A stretch of 64,000 bases of DNA from an uncultured Chloroflexia bacterium (GTDB lineage Bacteria > Chloroflexota > Anaerolineae > JAAYZQ01), in NCBI GenBank assembly GCA_963700285.1, contig CAVOXA010000022.1, positions 224,001 to 288,000 on the forward strand, in the 5' to 3' direction. Numbering within the stretch: position 1 is the stretch's first letter; the number at the start of each line of letters is the position of its first letter. This document shows, one piece after another, positions 1 through 10,131 of this stretch. A program made the position numbers and the translations under genes. The notes below the pieces were generated by a model. It made no database searches and was not told the origin of the DNA. It was given only the letters and a program-made list of their open reading frames with translations.

Positions 1-3000
1 CTGGGGCAGCGCGGATGCCGAGTCAGGCGCCAGGGCCTGAGACTGGGCCGAGGCTGTTGCATCCGCTGCCTGGCCCAGCGCTCCGCCGCCTGCGCCGGGC
101 GTATAGGTGGCAGCGCTGGCACACTTGACAAAGTACCCCGTGTCATTGCTGAGGGCGAAATCGTTGAAGGGCAGGTCGCGGACGTGGCCTTCCCAGCGGC
201 CATCCTTCCACCGGTAGAGATCGGAACAGGCTCCACCCTGACTTGTGGCCTCTTCCAGCAGATCCTCAGCGCTCATCGGTGCGGGTAGCTTGGGCAAGCC
301 TATCAAGGTCCAGGTCGGATCAAGCTGTAGCGGAAGGGGGCTGCTGGGTGCTGTTCCGGTGCGGTACCAGGCGCTGGCTGGGTCAGCCTGGATAAAATAG
401 CCCTGGCCCAGTTCCAGCACAAAGTTGTTGGCGGGCGGCGCTCCATCATAGCACAGCCAGTCATCGCTGTCACTCAGCCAGGCGCAGAGTTGAAGGGCAT
501 TGCCACCCTGACTCTGGATCTCGGTGCGCGCCGTCTCGGCGTCGGTGGCTGGGTTGGTCTCTACATTGGGCGCGATCAGATTCCAATCGCTGGCCAGGTC
601 GTGGCTGGACAGAGCTCCAGGATCACCGTAGGCGATGTGTAGGGTTGGCGCCAGGCTGAGGTCACCATGGCTGTCGGCGCCGTCGTAGGACTCGGCGGTC
701 CGCCGCCCGGAGCCGGTGACGATGAGCGCCAGGCTGTGCCCGGAACTCCAGCCGGGCCGATTGACGATCTCTTGGATAATGGGCGTTAGATCGGAGCTTT
801 GGTACGCCTCATGGACCGCCACCCAGGGCGCGACGTCGTTCCAGCTCACCGAGGCCGCCGTCCTGCTCCGGTTAGAGATGTCATAGGCGCTGCTGGAAAA
901 TACTGCCGCGTCGTCGCTGGCCTGGCCGTAGAAGACGAGGCTGGCCGCGCCTGTCTGAACATCGTCGGCCCAAAACTCGACACTTGCCCCGGTGATGGCG
1001 GCCCCCTGGGGCACCGGCACGTTCTGAAAACGGAGGCCAACGGTCTGGAGCGCGCTGTCCTCCACCAGCTCCAGGTCGTCGCCCTTGAGGGCCACGTCGC
1101 CGTCGGTGGACCGCTCCTCGGCATCGTCCGAGGAGGCGACTATGGGGATATGGACGCTGCCGGTTGCGCCGCCACAGGCCGCGACGACCTCAAATGCGTC
1201 GTACCAGGGACCACCGTTGGCGGCAGCAAGCTCCAGCTCGAAGGTGAGGCTGTGGCCGTTGGGCGTGCCGGGCTGCAATTCGCACACAAAGGGCTGGTTG
1301 CTTAGCGCCGTCCCGCCAGCGGCAATGTCCGGGTAGGCGCTGGTCTGGCCGCTGCAGTTGACGTAAGGACTGGCGCTGCTCAGGCTGGCATGGACTCCGG
1401 TGGCCGCGCTGGCGCCCTGATTGTGCAGCTCGACAGTCAGCTCGATGGTCTCGCCGCATTCGGCCAGGCCGTCACCGTCGCCGCTGCTGGCCCCGTTTCC
1501 ATCGTCATCGATGCTGTGGCCGTCATACACCAGTGGCCCGGGTGCCGCGGCGCCAAAGTTGGCCGTGACCGACGCATTGCCCTCCATGGTCAGGCTGGCC
1601 GGGTTGCTGGCCCCCGACAAGTCACCGCTCCAGCCGGTGAAGGACTTGTCTGGGTCAGGGATGGCCGTGAGCCGGACGACGTCGCCATAGTGGTAGATAG
1701 CCTGGTCGGGGTCGACATCCACCGTACCGCCGCCCGAGGCGCTCACGGCCAGTGTGTACTCGGCCTGAGCAAAACGCGCGCTGACAGATTTGTTCCCATC
1801 TATCGTCAGGCTGGCCGGGTTGTCGCTCCCGGAGAGGTCGCCGCTCCAGCGGTCAAAGGTCCGGCCGGGGCCGGGTTCGGCTGTCAGGCTCACCTGAGTA
1901 CCGGCGGTGTAGGCGCCGGCGCCGCAGTTGGGCGTTGGGCCGGCGCTCACCGAGCCGCTGCCCGGTGGGTCGGCGTCGGTAGAGAGCGTGTGGCAGGTCT
2001 GCAGGCCAAAGGCATAGTTCTGGCCGATCTCGTCGTGGCTGAGCGCCCGGCAGTACAGGGCGACCAGGTGCAGCTTGCCCAGCCAGGGGCGTTCGCCTAC
2101 CGGCTCGTTGCCCAGGGTCAGCGGGTAGCTCGCGTCCCACCCGGTCAAGGCGCCGCCGACGACCTGCCGGACCTGCAGCTCGTCGTTGACATAGATCCTG
2201 GCTGTCCCGGCCTGCTCGCGGGTGTAGACCAGGTGGGTCAGTCCGGTCGTGGTGGCGCCATCCAGCGTCCATAGGGAAGGCTCGCCGTTGTCGGATTGCT
2301 CGGTCGTGCGCAGCCGCGAGTCAAAGACCTCGGGCTGCTCATCGCGGAACAGCAGCCCCTGGCCCAGCGTAAAGTTGCGGCTCTTGGTGTCGGGTGACAG
2401 GGTCACGATGCGCGCCGGACCGTCCTGGGTGATATTGTCTGGCTCGATCCAGGCTTCGACGGTGAGTTCGCCAGAGGCCTGGCAGGCGGTGTTGATCTTG
2501 GTCGCCGCGCCCGGGGAGGAGATGATCGCCGGCGAGTCCAGGGCAAGGGCGCCGTCCTCCCAGGTCACCGCGCCAAGATCGTCGATGCCCAGATCCAGCG
2601 GTTGGCCCACCCCGGAGACGTCGTGTACGGTGGAGCCGCCGCCCTCGTCGAAGGTATACAGTGCCTGCAGCCCATTGCTCACCCGAGCATCGACCACCGG
2701 CGGCTGCGCGGGCGGGCAGGCCCCCTGGCACTCGTAGGCGCCCAGGTCGGGCGCCGCGCCATTGTAGGCCAGGACCACCGCGTCGCCGGCGTTCCAGGAC
2801 AGGCTCTGGGAGACGGTGATCTGGTTGCCGCCATAGTCGATGGCGGTGATACGCACCGGGCTCCGGCCGCCGATCTGGATCTCATCGCCTGGGGTCACGC
2901 CCATGCCGTCGCCAAAGTAGCGGGCGTCCAGCAGCCGGACCGTCGTACCCGACCCGCTGCCGTCGGTGTGCGTCAGCGCCCCGCCCGCGTCGATGGCGGG

Positions 3001-4599
3001 TGAGTGGTCGCGGAGGCGGAAATCAAACTGGCCGTGCTCGCCCACCGGGCGCTCGGGAGCGTCCACAAACATCGGATCGGCGTAGAAACTGGCTGCTTCG
3101 TTGCCGGTGATCGAGTTCAGGCCCTCCAGCCGTCGCTGCCACATGCTCAGCGTCAGCTTGTCCCAGTCGCCGGCATCCCGGACGTGGGCGAAATAGGCGC
3201 CGTAGGTGTTATAGTACAGGTTGTGGTCGACTTGGCTGGTGCCATTCTGGTCTTCCGTGAGCAACAGCGACACCTCGGCCGAATTGTGTCCCACAAAGAT
3301 GTTGTTCTGGACGCCGATGCCGCCATCGCCCAGTTCTTTCTGGCGGACGCCCGTCCAGTTGGGCTTGTTAAGGGTATCCCATTCGCTGTTGGGCCCGGTA
3401 TAGTCGCGGTTGTTGCCCACGAGGGTGTTGTGATAGATCTTGTAGCCCTGGTGGGCGCGGATGGCCGGCGCGCTGTCAAAGATGAGGTTGTTGCGGATGA
3501 TGACGTCGCGGGTGCTGCTGGTGTTGCCCCGCGAGATGGAGGCGTGGGCGTCCCGGTTCCAGCCATACAGGGGGCCGTTGCTGCTGCCGATGATGCCATA
3601 GATGATGTTGCCCTCGATGACGACGTGGGCCGCACCCTTCAGGTCGATGGCGTTCTCGGCGTGGTAGCGAAAGATGTTGCCGCGGACGATGGTACCGAAA
3701 TTCGAGATGTCGTTTTCGCGCTCTGGCCCGTCGGGCAGATCCGTGTCCTGCAGGAACTGGATGCCATCTTCGACGGCGCTGCCCTCCAGCAGGTTGCCCT
3801 CGATGAGGTTGCCCTGCATCACCCCCTTGCCACTGCCGACGACGATGGAGCTCTGGCCTGTAGACGAGATGGTGTTGTTGCGGATGACATTGTAGCGCGG
3901 TGCGTTCTTGAGGTGCATGCCCTGGTTGACGCCGCTGATGGTGTTGCCCTCGATGAGGTTGTAGGTCGTGCCGCTCAGTACGATGCCGAATTCCAGGTAT
4001 CCGTCCTGGAACAACTGCAGGGGGTCGCCGGGGCGATAGATGGTACAGTTGCGGATCTCGTTGTGGTGCCCGAGTTCGCCCAGGTGTACCCAGGGCCAGC
4101 GCTTGTCGCCGCCCGGGGGTGCGTGGCCATAGCTCAGGGTAAAGCCGTCGACGACGATGTAACTCTGGTCGGGCAGGGCGACGAGGCTGTCGACGCCGGG
4201 CTGGCCGCGCAGCGTCACCGCTTCGTTCTGATAGTTGGTGTAGGTGATCTTGGCCCCGGCCGCGCCCGAGTTCTCTGGCTCAATAAACTCGTCGTAGGTT
4301 CCGGCCCGGACATAGACCGTGTCGCCTGCTTGGAGTACCTGGTTGGCCTTGGCGATCGTCCGCCAGGGCTGCTGCAAGCTGCCGGGGTTGGCATCGCTGC
4401 CGTTGGGGGCGACATAGTACACGGCGCCCTCGGGCGCCAGCGTCCGGCCGTTGTACGCGCTGGCAGCCAGGGCCGGCCCTGGCATGGAGGCAAGAAGCGC
4501 GGCGACGACCAGCATCACCACCGCGACCGAGCGGGCCGTACCGGCCACGCGGGCCAGTACGCCCTTTGCTGACACATCTGCGTACACCCAATCCCTCAT
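1..4599 (-). CDS. Large secreted modular protein, 3'-partial: right-handed beta-helix (DUF1565/pectate lyase-like), LamG-like domain, 2 InlB B-type repeats, SSDDAEE domain
   Basis: Absent from the ORF track because it runs off the window. Manual translation from ATG 4599 is open to base 1: signal peptide, YYVAPNGSDANPGSLQQPWRTI, repeated IEGN/IRNN strands, LYTFDEGGG..ELTVEAWI, F..WSGDLSG..NP repeats. Confidence 0.85.
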   Translation of the reverse strand, partial: MRDWVYADVSAKGVLARVAGTARSVAVVMLVVAALLASMPGPALAASAYNGRTLAPEGAVYYVAPNGSDANPGSLQQPWRTIAKANQVLQAGDTVYVRAGTYDEFIEPENSGAAGAKITYTNYQNEAVTLRGQPGVDSLVALPDQSYIVVDGFTLSYGHAPPGGDKRWPWVHLGELGHHNEIRNCTIYRPGDPLQLFQDGYLEFGIVLSGTTYNLIEGNTISGVNQGMHLKNAPRYNVIRNNTISSTGQSSIVVGSGKGVMQGNLIEGNLLEGSAVEDGIQFLQDTDLPDGPERENDISNFGTIVRGNIFRYHAENAIDLKGAAHVVIEGNIIYGIIGSSNGPLYGWNRDAHASISRGNTSSTRDVIIRNNLIFDSAPAIRAHQGYKIYHNTLVGNNRDYTGPNSEWDTLNKPNWTGVRQKELGDGGIGVQNNIFVGHNSAEVSLLLTEDQNGTSQVDHNLYYNTYGAYFAHVRDAGDWDKLTLSMWQRRLEGLNSITGNEAASFYADPMFVDAPERPVGEHGQFDFRLRDHSPAIDAGGALTHTDGSGSGTTVRLLDARYFGDGMGVTPGDEIQIGGRSPVRITAIDYGGNQITVSQSLSWNAGDAVVLAYNGAAPDLGAYECQGACPPAQPPVVDARVSNGLQALYTFDEGGGSTVHDVSGVGQPLDLGIDDLGAVTWEDGALALDSPAIISSPGAATKINTACQASGELTVEAWIEPDNITQDGPARIVTLSPDTKSRNFTLGQGLLFRDEQPEVFDSRLRTTEQSDNGEPSLWTLDGATTTGLTHLVYTREQAGTARIYVNDELQVRQVVGGALTGWDASYPLTLGNEPVGERPWLGKLHLVALYCRALSHDEIGQNYAFGLQTCHTLSTDADPPGSGSVSAGPTPNCGAGAYTAGTQVSLTAEPGPGRTFDRWSGDLSGSDNPASLTIDGNKSVSARFAQAEYTLAVSASGGGTVDVDPDQAIYHYGDVVRLTAIPDPDKSFTGWSGDLSGASNPASLTMEGNASVTANFGAAAPGPLVYDGHSIDDDGNGASSGDGDGLAECGETIELTVELHNQGASAATGVHASLSSASPYVNCSGQTSAYPDIAAGGTALSNQPFVCELQPGTPNGHSLTFELELAAANGGPWYDAFEVVAACGGATGSVHIPIVASSDDAEERSTDGDVALKGDDLELVEDSALQTVGLRFQNVPVPQGAAITGASVEFWADDVQTGAASLVFYGQASDDAAVFSSSAYDISNRSRTAASVSWNDVAPWVAVHEAYQSSDLTPIIQEIVNRPGWSSGHSLALIVTGSGRRTAESYDGADSHGDLSLAPTLHIAYGDPGALSSHDLASDWNLIAPNVETNPATDAETARTEIQSQGGNALQLCAWLSDSDDWLCYDGAPPANNFVLELGQGYFIQADPASAWYRTGTAPSSPLPLQLDPTWTLIGLPKLPAPMSAEDLLEEATSQGGACSDLYRWKDGRWEGHVRDLPFNDFALSNDTGYFVKCASAATYTPGAGGGALGQAADATASAQSQALAPDSASALPQ

Positions 4600-5000
4600 A
4601 CACACCTCACCCCGGATTCGTCGCCAGTCCACGCAGAAAAAGGCCCGCCATACCGCATGGGTAGCGCTGGGCCCGGCCAGGGGCCTCCACGCCACAACCA
4701 GCGCAGTGGGCGGGCTGTAAATTGCCTGCAGTCTTTTGCCAAGGGGCGCCGTCCGACTTGGCAGCGACCAGCGAATCGTTCAGAGGCTACGCGCCCGCGA
4801 GCCGGGCGCGCCTTCAGTCCAGGTGCCAGTATACCATGGGCGAACGTGCAAGTCAATGACGTTTACGTGACGGTCGGGGTACGGTTAGGGGGCGTTTTTG
4901 TGCGGAATCCGACCTCAATGCGATCCCATGGGCGCGATTCCCTTGGAAGCCGGTGAAAGAGGGCAGGCGCCAGCGACTATCTAGCTGATGGCCTACCAGT

Positions 5001-6956
5001 TCAACGGGCGTGCCAGACGCCGATGGGCAGATAGATCGACCTTGGCGGGACAAAGGGACCGGTGACATCAAATTGATCGATGATCTCACCCTCAATCGTC
5101 TTGAAATAGCCCTCAGCTTGATAGGGATCGCCATTTACATGAAAGGTGATGAACAGTGCACCATAGGCGGCGTCTGGATCTTGGTCGGTCGTGTAGACTT
5201 TGGCCCACTCTTGCTTGCAGCCGTAGGGAAAAGTACTGGGCAGACAGCGGTCCTGGTTTCTCATGCTTTTGCCACCGGCCCCAGAAACAAATACAAAGGT
5301 CCTGCCCGGACCGACACAGACATCGACGTCAGGCGTGTCGGGGTTGTCTTCACAGGAAAGGTCAACTTTTTGGTTTTCCGTACTGGTCAGGGTTCTGGTG
5401 CGCTGATAGCTGTGTTCGTGACCGGTAGCAATGATGGCGCCAAAATCGAGGCAGTTTTCATAGGCTTCCCAGCCAACCGCATCCCCCTTCACGCCGAGTT
5501 GCATGGCGTTTTGGTTCTTGTGCCAGGTACAAAGCTTCCAGATGTGAGCATCGTTTCGAAACTGATCGCGAATGTAGGAAGCGTCAGCAGAACTCAGCGT
5601 ACCGATACCAGAAAGGATAAAGGACAGGCCCCGATAGGTACAGGAGGCTTGGACCCCCAAATCGCCATCACAACTGGCACCCGGGGTTTTGTCGAGATGA
5701 CTCTGGAGTATCGATTGATAATCAGGCCAACGATCGCGCAGGATATCGTGATTTCCAACAGTGCCAAAGTATGGGTAACTGTCACCCAGGTGGTCGGATA
5801 TCACTTGCTCCCACTTTTTAGGTCCATCCTCATAGCCAAAGTCGCCCTGATGGAGGACCATGTCAGCGCCTTCCGCTTTGATGAGGTCCAAGACGGCCCC
5901 AAATTCAGCCCCGGCGCCCGAATCACCGATGAAAGCGACCTTGAGGCCGGAATCGGTAGGAATGGGAGTGACTTCGGTATACTGAAAGTGGGCAGCGACA
6001 GAGTGGTTGGCGTCCATGGTGAGGGTGTCTGGGTTGGTGGAACCGGTCAGGTCGTCGCTCCAATTGCTAAAGGCATAATACTTGGCTGTGGGTTCAGCCG
6101 TCAGTTCCACCGTCTCCCCCATGTAGTACTTGCCATCCGCACAGTTGGGTGGCGGATCAGCCACCACTGTCCCCGCGCCTGGGGGGATGACGTTCGTGGT
6201 CAGGGTGACGCAGGCAGTCTCACCGGCGAACGTGACGACCAGCTTGGGGCTCAGGGCCACGTTTGACTGGTCTTTGGCGCCGTCGTAGGATACCGCGGTC
6301 CGCCGGCCTGCCGTACCGGTGATCTGAAAGGCGATGGCGTTGCCGGGCGTCCAGCCCGCGCGCCGCACGATCTCCTGGACGATGGCGCTCAGGTCTGGGC
6401 TTCGGTGCGTTCCGCCCTCCTCCGGCCAAACCGGCACAGAGTCCCAGTCCACCGACGCAGAAGTCTTGGGCCGGCCACTGATGTCATAGGAGGCGTCCCC
6501 TTCTTTGTACGTGGCAGCGGTGTCACTGGCTTCGCCAGAGATGGTCAGATCGGTGGGGTCAAGATTCCCTCCAGGATCCGTGGCCGTGAACTCGATATAG
6601 GCCTGCTCAATGCGGACACCCTTGGGGATGTCCAGGTTGGCGAAGCGAAGGCCCACGTATTGGGGCCCCACCGGGCCGAGACCAAGCTCCAGTGTATTGC
6701 CGCGGTCCTGTACTTTGCCTTCCCAAGGAGCCTCGACATGCTCCTCGGCGTCGTCGGAGGACTGGCTGACCCTCACCTCGATGGTATCGGTGGCGCTTGC
6801 CAGGACGCCGGCGCCTCCGCTTCGGCTTTGCATGGGCAGATCCGCGCTGCCGGCCGCCCGGGCAACCGAGACCAGTACGACCATCAGGAGCAGGGACACA
6901 GTTATCAGACCCAATACACGGATCAGACGTTTCAAGAGCATCATTTCTTTGACCAA
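5001..6956 (-). CDS. Secreted calcineurin-like metallophosphoesterase with SSDDAEE domain and InlB B-type repeat
   Basis: Signal peptide; FIGDSG, HQGDFGY, VGNHD and TGHEH motifs; C-terminus SIYLPIGVWHAR. True start may be a few codons downstream. Confidence 0.85.
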   Translation of the reverse strand: MVKEMMLLKRLIRVLGLITVSLLLMVVLVSVARAAGSADLPMQSRSGGAGVLASATDTIEVRVSQSSDDAEEHVEAPWEGKVQDRGNTLELGLGPVGPQYVGLRFANLDIPKGVRIEQAYIEFTATDPGGNLDPTDLTISGEASDTAATYKEGDASYDISGRPKTSASVDWDSVPVWPEEGGTHRSPDLSAIVQEIVRRAGWTPGNAIAFQITGTAGRRTAVSYDGAKDQSNVALSPKLVVTFAGETACVTLTTNVIPPGAGTVVADPPPNCADGKYYMGETVELTAEPTAKYYAFSNWSDDLTGSTNPDTLTMDANHSVAAHFQYTEVTPIPTDSGLKVAFIGDSGAGAEFGAVLDLIKAEGADMVLHQGDFGYEDGPKKWEQVISDHLGDSYPYFGTVGNHDILRDRWPDYQSILQSHLDKTPGASCDGDLGVQASCTYRGLSFILSGIGTLSSADASYIRDQFRNDAHIWKLCTWHKNQNAMQLGVKGDAVGWEAYENCLDFGAIIATGHEHSYQRTRTLTSTENQKVDLSCEDNPDTPDVDVCVGPGRTFVFVSGAGGKSMRNQDRCLPSTFPYGCKQEWAKVYTTDQDPDAAYGALFITFHVNGDPYQAEGYFKTIEGEIIDQFDVTGPFVPPRSIYLPIGVWHAR

Positions 6957-7346
6957 TCTTGTGCCTTCCTGCCAGAGGCGTTACAGCTCACCAGACTCAG
7001 CAGCCGGATCGATCCCCGAGTGGGTGGGCGAGACCCACCCAGACAGGGGCACAGACCACGGCTCCCGTTTATCATGATTTCGGACATTATAGCGCAATTT
7101 CATGAGAAAGGCAAAAGTCACGGTCCCCCCTGCCAGGGTTGTTGCCAAGTCGCACTCGAGATCCTCCCGCAGGATTCTGGCACGCAGTGGGCCACCCCTG
7201 GCACCCTCGCCGCCAGCCTCAACATCCGCCGAATTCCGAGGGGCAAAGCGACCAGCCTTGACCTCTGACGGCCGCGAGATCGTGTCTCCACCATCACCGA
7301 CCTGCTCCGCGTCACCCGCGTCTGGTGCCTGTAGGGGTGGCCCTAC

Positions 7347-7378
7347 AGTGTCATCCCCGCGCAGGCGGGGATCCATCC
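7347..7378. repeat. REP-like palindrome, TGTCATcCCCGCGnAGGCGGGgATCCA family
   Basis: GTCATCCCCGCGCAGGCGGGGATCCA; related copies at about 12640-12666 (reverse), 29000-29340 and 61500-61530. Confidence 0.65.
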
Positions 7379-7432
7379 TCCGCGCATTCTCGCGACCGGG
7401 CGTGCACGGGTCTCGTCACCCAAGACTTCTTG

Positions 7433-9826
7433 CTAGTTCTCGCGCATGACAACGGGCAGGTGGATGCAACCCAGTTGTTTGAAGCTCCAGGCCGGCGACC
7501 ACGCACCGTGACCGCAGTCGGTGGCAGCGCGCACGCGCCAGTGATAGCTGCCCGCTGACAGAGGCGTTGCCGGGGTAAAGCTGGTGCCGGAAACCTCACT
7601 GTCGATTTCTGGCGAGGAAAAGTCAGCGTCATTGTCCACCTGGATCCGGTAGGAGCCTGCACCGGTGGCCGCTGACCAGGCAAAGGTCGGCGCCGTGCGG
7701 CCCGTGTTGCCGCCATCGGGCGGTGAGGAGAGCTCGGGCTGGGAGTCGCTAACCACAACCTCCAGACCAAAATACTCCGCGAAGGCTGGATCCTCATAGT
7801 CCAACCAAATAGAGGTTTCAACGTCACAGGACGGGGCCTCTGGAAGGAACTCATCTGTCAGACCTGGCCCGAACTTCACATACAAGCGAACGTCATAGTC
7901 CTCGGGCACATTTGCCAAATGGGCCTCCGTGTAGCGGTCGTTATGCTCCACGGCAACGACGGAAATGCCCGACGCATGGTCGGTGTAGTCACGCGTGTTG
8001 GCATTGGCAATCTGCCGGGCAACCCCATCCGGTCCGGTCACGACAACGGCTACGGCACCCCCACCTCGCTTGGGGTTCAGCTTACTTATGGGTGGGGTCC
8101 GGTTGGTGCACTTTTCGTAGTGTTGGCTGATTACAAGATCCTCCAGCGCTGTCTCTCCGGTTTCGGCGCTAGAGACCGCATCGTACTCACCAGGGGTGTA
8201 GTTGCGCACCTTGCAGCTTGGCCTTAGCTCGGCCTCAATCGTAAAAGTCTGCTGGTTGGAGTCGGAGTCCAGCTCAGTACCCAGATAGGTGCCGCCGGGG
8301 CAGTCGATCCTGTCGTCATTGAACCAGCCATCGCCGTCGTTGTCCTGCTCGAAACAGGAATCCGCCTGGGTGTAGCGGCTTTCGCCAAAGACTGGAGTAG
8401 GAGGTTCTGAGACACTTATTCTAGCCCATTGAATGGAGTTCTTGTTGTCAATAGATAGTGTACCGTCGGGGTGAAGAGACACCTCGAAAAACAAATCGGG
8501 GTACTTCTCTTTGTCCCAATCTTTGGGGGGGTAGCCGGTCGAAGGAAGCGTGTACATCATGATCTCGTTCGAGTTGATGGGGTTAAAGTCATGAGTATCT
8601 GAATTCCGGACAGATCCATCTGTGGTATTCCAGATATAGGATTTGGCTGCATGGACGTGACCTGTAATTACTGCCTTGATTTTCGGAGCACGATTTTCGA
8701 GCAAGTCTATGTAGGCATCGGCTGTGTCTTGGCATAAAGTAGGAGCGGTTCCGCGTATTTCGCCCTCCGGAGAAACATGCCAGAACAAAATGGCCGTCTT
8801 TCCGGAAACCTTTTCATCCAAATAAGCATCGAGGCCCAACAATTGGTCTATGCTGAAACGCACACAACTTCCTTCCGCAAAGCTGTGCACTGCTTCACCG
8901 CTATGCAATAAATAGAAATGCCACCCGTTGGTTTGAGTTGCAGGAATTTCGTCTGCTACTGGAATGAATGGTGTAACACGATACCAACTGGAATAATCTG
9001 TAAACTGAGCCACGGCCTCTGGCAGGTGAATACTCTGCTTCTTCCCATAGTCTCTTATGTCGTGATTACCCAATACCGTGTAATGGGGCACGTAGGGGAA
9101 AGTCTCGCTGACATATTTGAAATACCATAAAGGCGTAGTAGTATCGGGAAAGAGACCCGTATATTCGAGATACAAGTCTTCGATAGCATCCCCAAGGGCG
9201 ACAACAAAACCAGGATGAAAACCATCCGTGCGTAGACGTGCGCCTACATCCTCCAGGCGCGCCCTTTTGTGATCCTTCTCGGTTTTGTATTGACAGGGCC
9301 ACTTTGTGGGGGGCGAGGGGGCGGGCCACGGTGGCCAATTCGGCGGATAAGAGGGGTTACAGATATGTGAGTCAGCGTACACAGCAAACTGCACCTCTCC
9401 CACCTCTCCTCCTACCGAGAAGTAGGCTTCCACCGAGCCCTTGCCGGGAGAACTACTGAATTCGTAGAGCACATAGAGGCGATGTGGGCCGTAACTCAAG
9501 CTGCTGGGGTCGTAGCGGATGGAGAACGGGGGAGTGGAACTCGTACCTACGGGGCGGTCGAAGATGGTTTGGCGATCGATCCAGAATATCGCCTCGAAGG
9601 TATCGTCTGGTAGACCAGGGTCGAAAAAAATGTAGAACGGACCGTTAACCAGCGCACCCTCCAGTGGCTTCGCTGTTGAAGGGTCGTTTGAATAGCTATA
9701 GGTGATCTCTATTGTCGCTGCAGGTCCTGACGCCAGTGCCACTGCAGATTCTGTCACCAGGAGTACCAGCAAGACAGCGACTGCTTTCTGTAGGTTTCTC
9801 ATCTCTCTCCTCCTCCCTGCAATCAT
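7433..9826 (-). CDS. Secreted metallophosphoesterase with C-terminal FN3/Ig-like domain
   Basis: Signal peptide; ADSH, LGDAIE, LGNHD and TGHVH motifs; PTFAWSAATGAGSYRIQV..YHWRVRA; C-terminus CIHLPVVMREN. Likely start ATG 9802. Confidence 0.8.
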   Translation of the reverse strand: MIAGRRREMRNLQKAVAVLLVLLVTESAVALASGPAATIEITYSYSNDPSTAKPLEGALVNGPFYIFFDPGLPDDTFEAIFWIDRQTIFDRPVGTSSTPPFSIRYDPSSLSYGPHRLYVLYEFSSSPGKGSVEAYFSVGGEVGEVQFAVYADSHICNPSYPPNWPPWPAPSPPTKWPCQYKTEKDHKRARLEDVGARLRTDGFHPGFVVALGDAIEDLYLEYTGLFPDTTTPLWYFKYVSETFPYVPHYTVLGNHDIRDYGKKQSIHLPEAVAQFTDYSSWYRVTPFIPVADEIPATQTNGWHFYLLHSGEAVHSFAEGSCVRFSIDQLLGLDAYLDEKVSGKTAILFWHVSPEGEIRGTAPTLCQDTADAYIDLLENRAPKIKAVITGHVHAAKSYIWNTTDGSVRNSDTHDFNPINSNEIMMYTLPSTGYPPKDWDKEKYPDLFFEVSLHPDGTLSIDNKNSIQWARISVSEPPTPVFGESRYTQADSCFEQDNDGDGWFNDDRIDCPGGTYLGTELDSDSNQQTFTIEAELRPSCKVRNYTPGEYDAVSSAETGETALEDLVISQHYEKCTNRTPPISKLNPKRGGGAVAVVVTGPDGVARQIANANTRDYTDHASGISVVAVEHNDRYTEAHLANVPEDYDVRLYVKFGPGLTDEFLPEAPSCDVETSIWLDYEDPAFAEYFGLEVVVSDSQPELSSPPDGGNTGRTAPTFAWSAATGAGSYRIQVDNDADFSSPEIDSEVSGTSFTPATPLSAGSYHWRVRAATDCGHGAWSPAWSFKQLGCIHLPVVMREN

Positions 9827-10131
9827 GTCCGTGACACGCGCCAGCTTGCAGTCAACTTGGGGGTTAAGACCTTGTCTAGTATAACATACATTGCGCCGGG
9901 GGTCAAGCGACTTCTGAGCGACCCATACGGCTGTTGCAAAGTCGTCATCTGGTTCTAGCGCGCGTCCATTCTGCTATTCCCTGCCGAGTGGTTGACCCTC
10001 ACGCCCTTGACCTCGGAGCAAAGCACCAGCGGTTGCCCTTTTCCAGGAGCGGTGGTATACTGCCACAGTAGCCCGGTCCAGCTACCAGGACCGGAACCAT
10101 CTCAAGCCAAGAAAAACAGGGAGGAAACACA

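Noticed and set aside
799-4572. Long plus-strand ORFs (e.g. 3004-4572, 1390-2274) and similar antisense ORFs elsewhere (17231-18949, 62584-63915)
   Set aside because: These are shadow frames of real genes on the opposite strand in high-GC DNA and show no family motifs.
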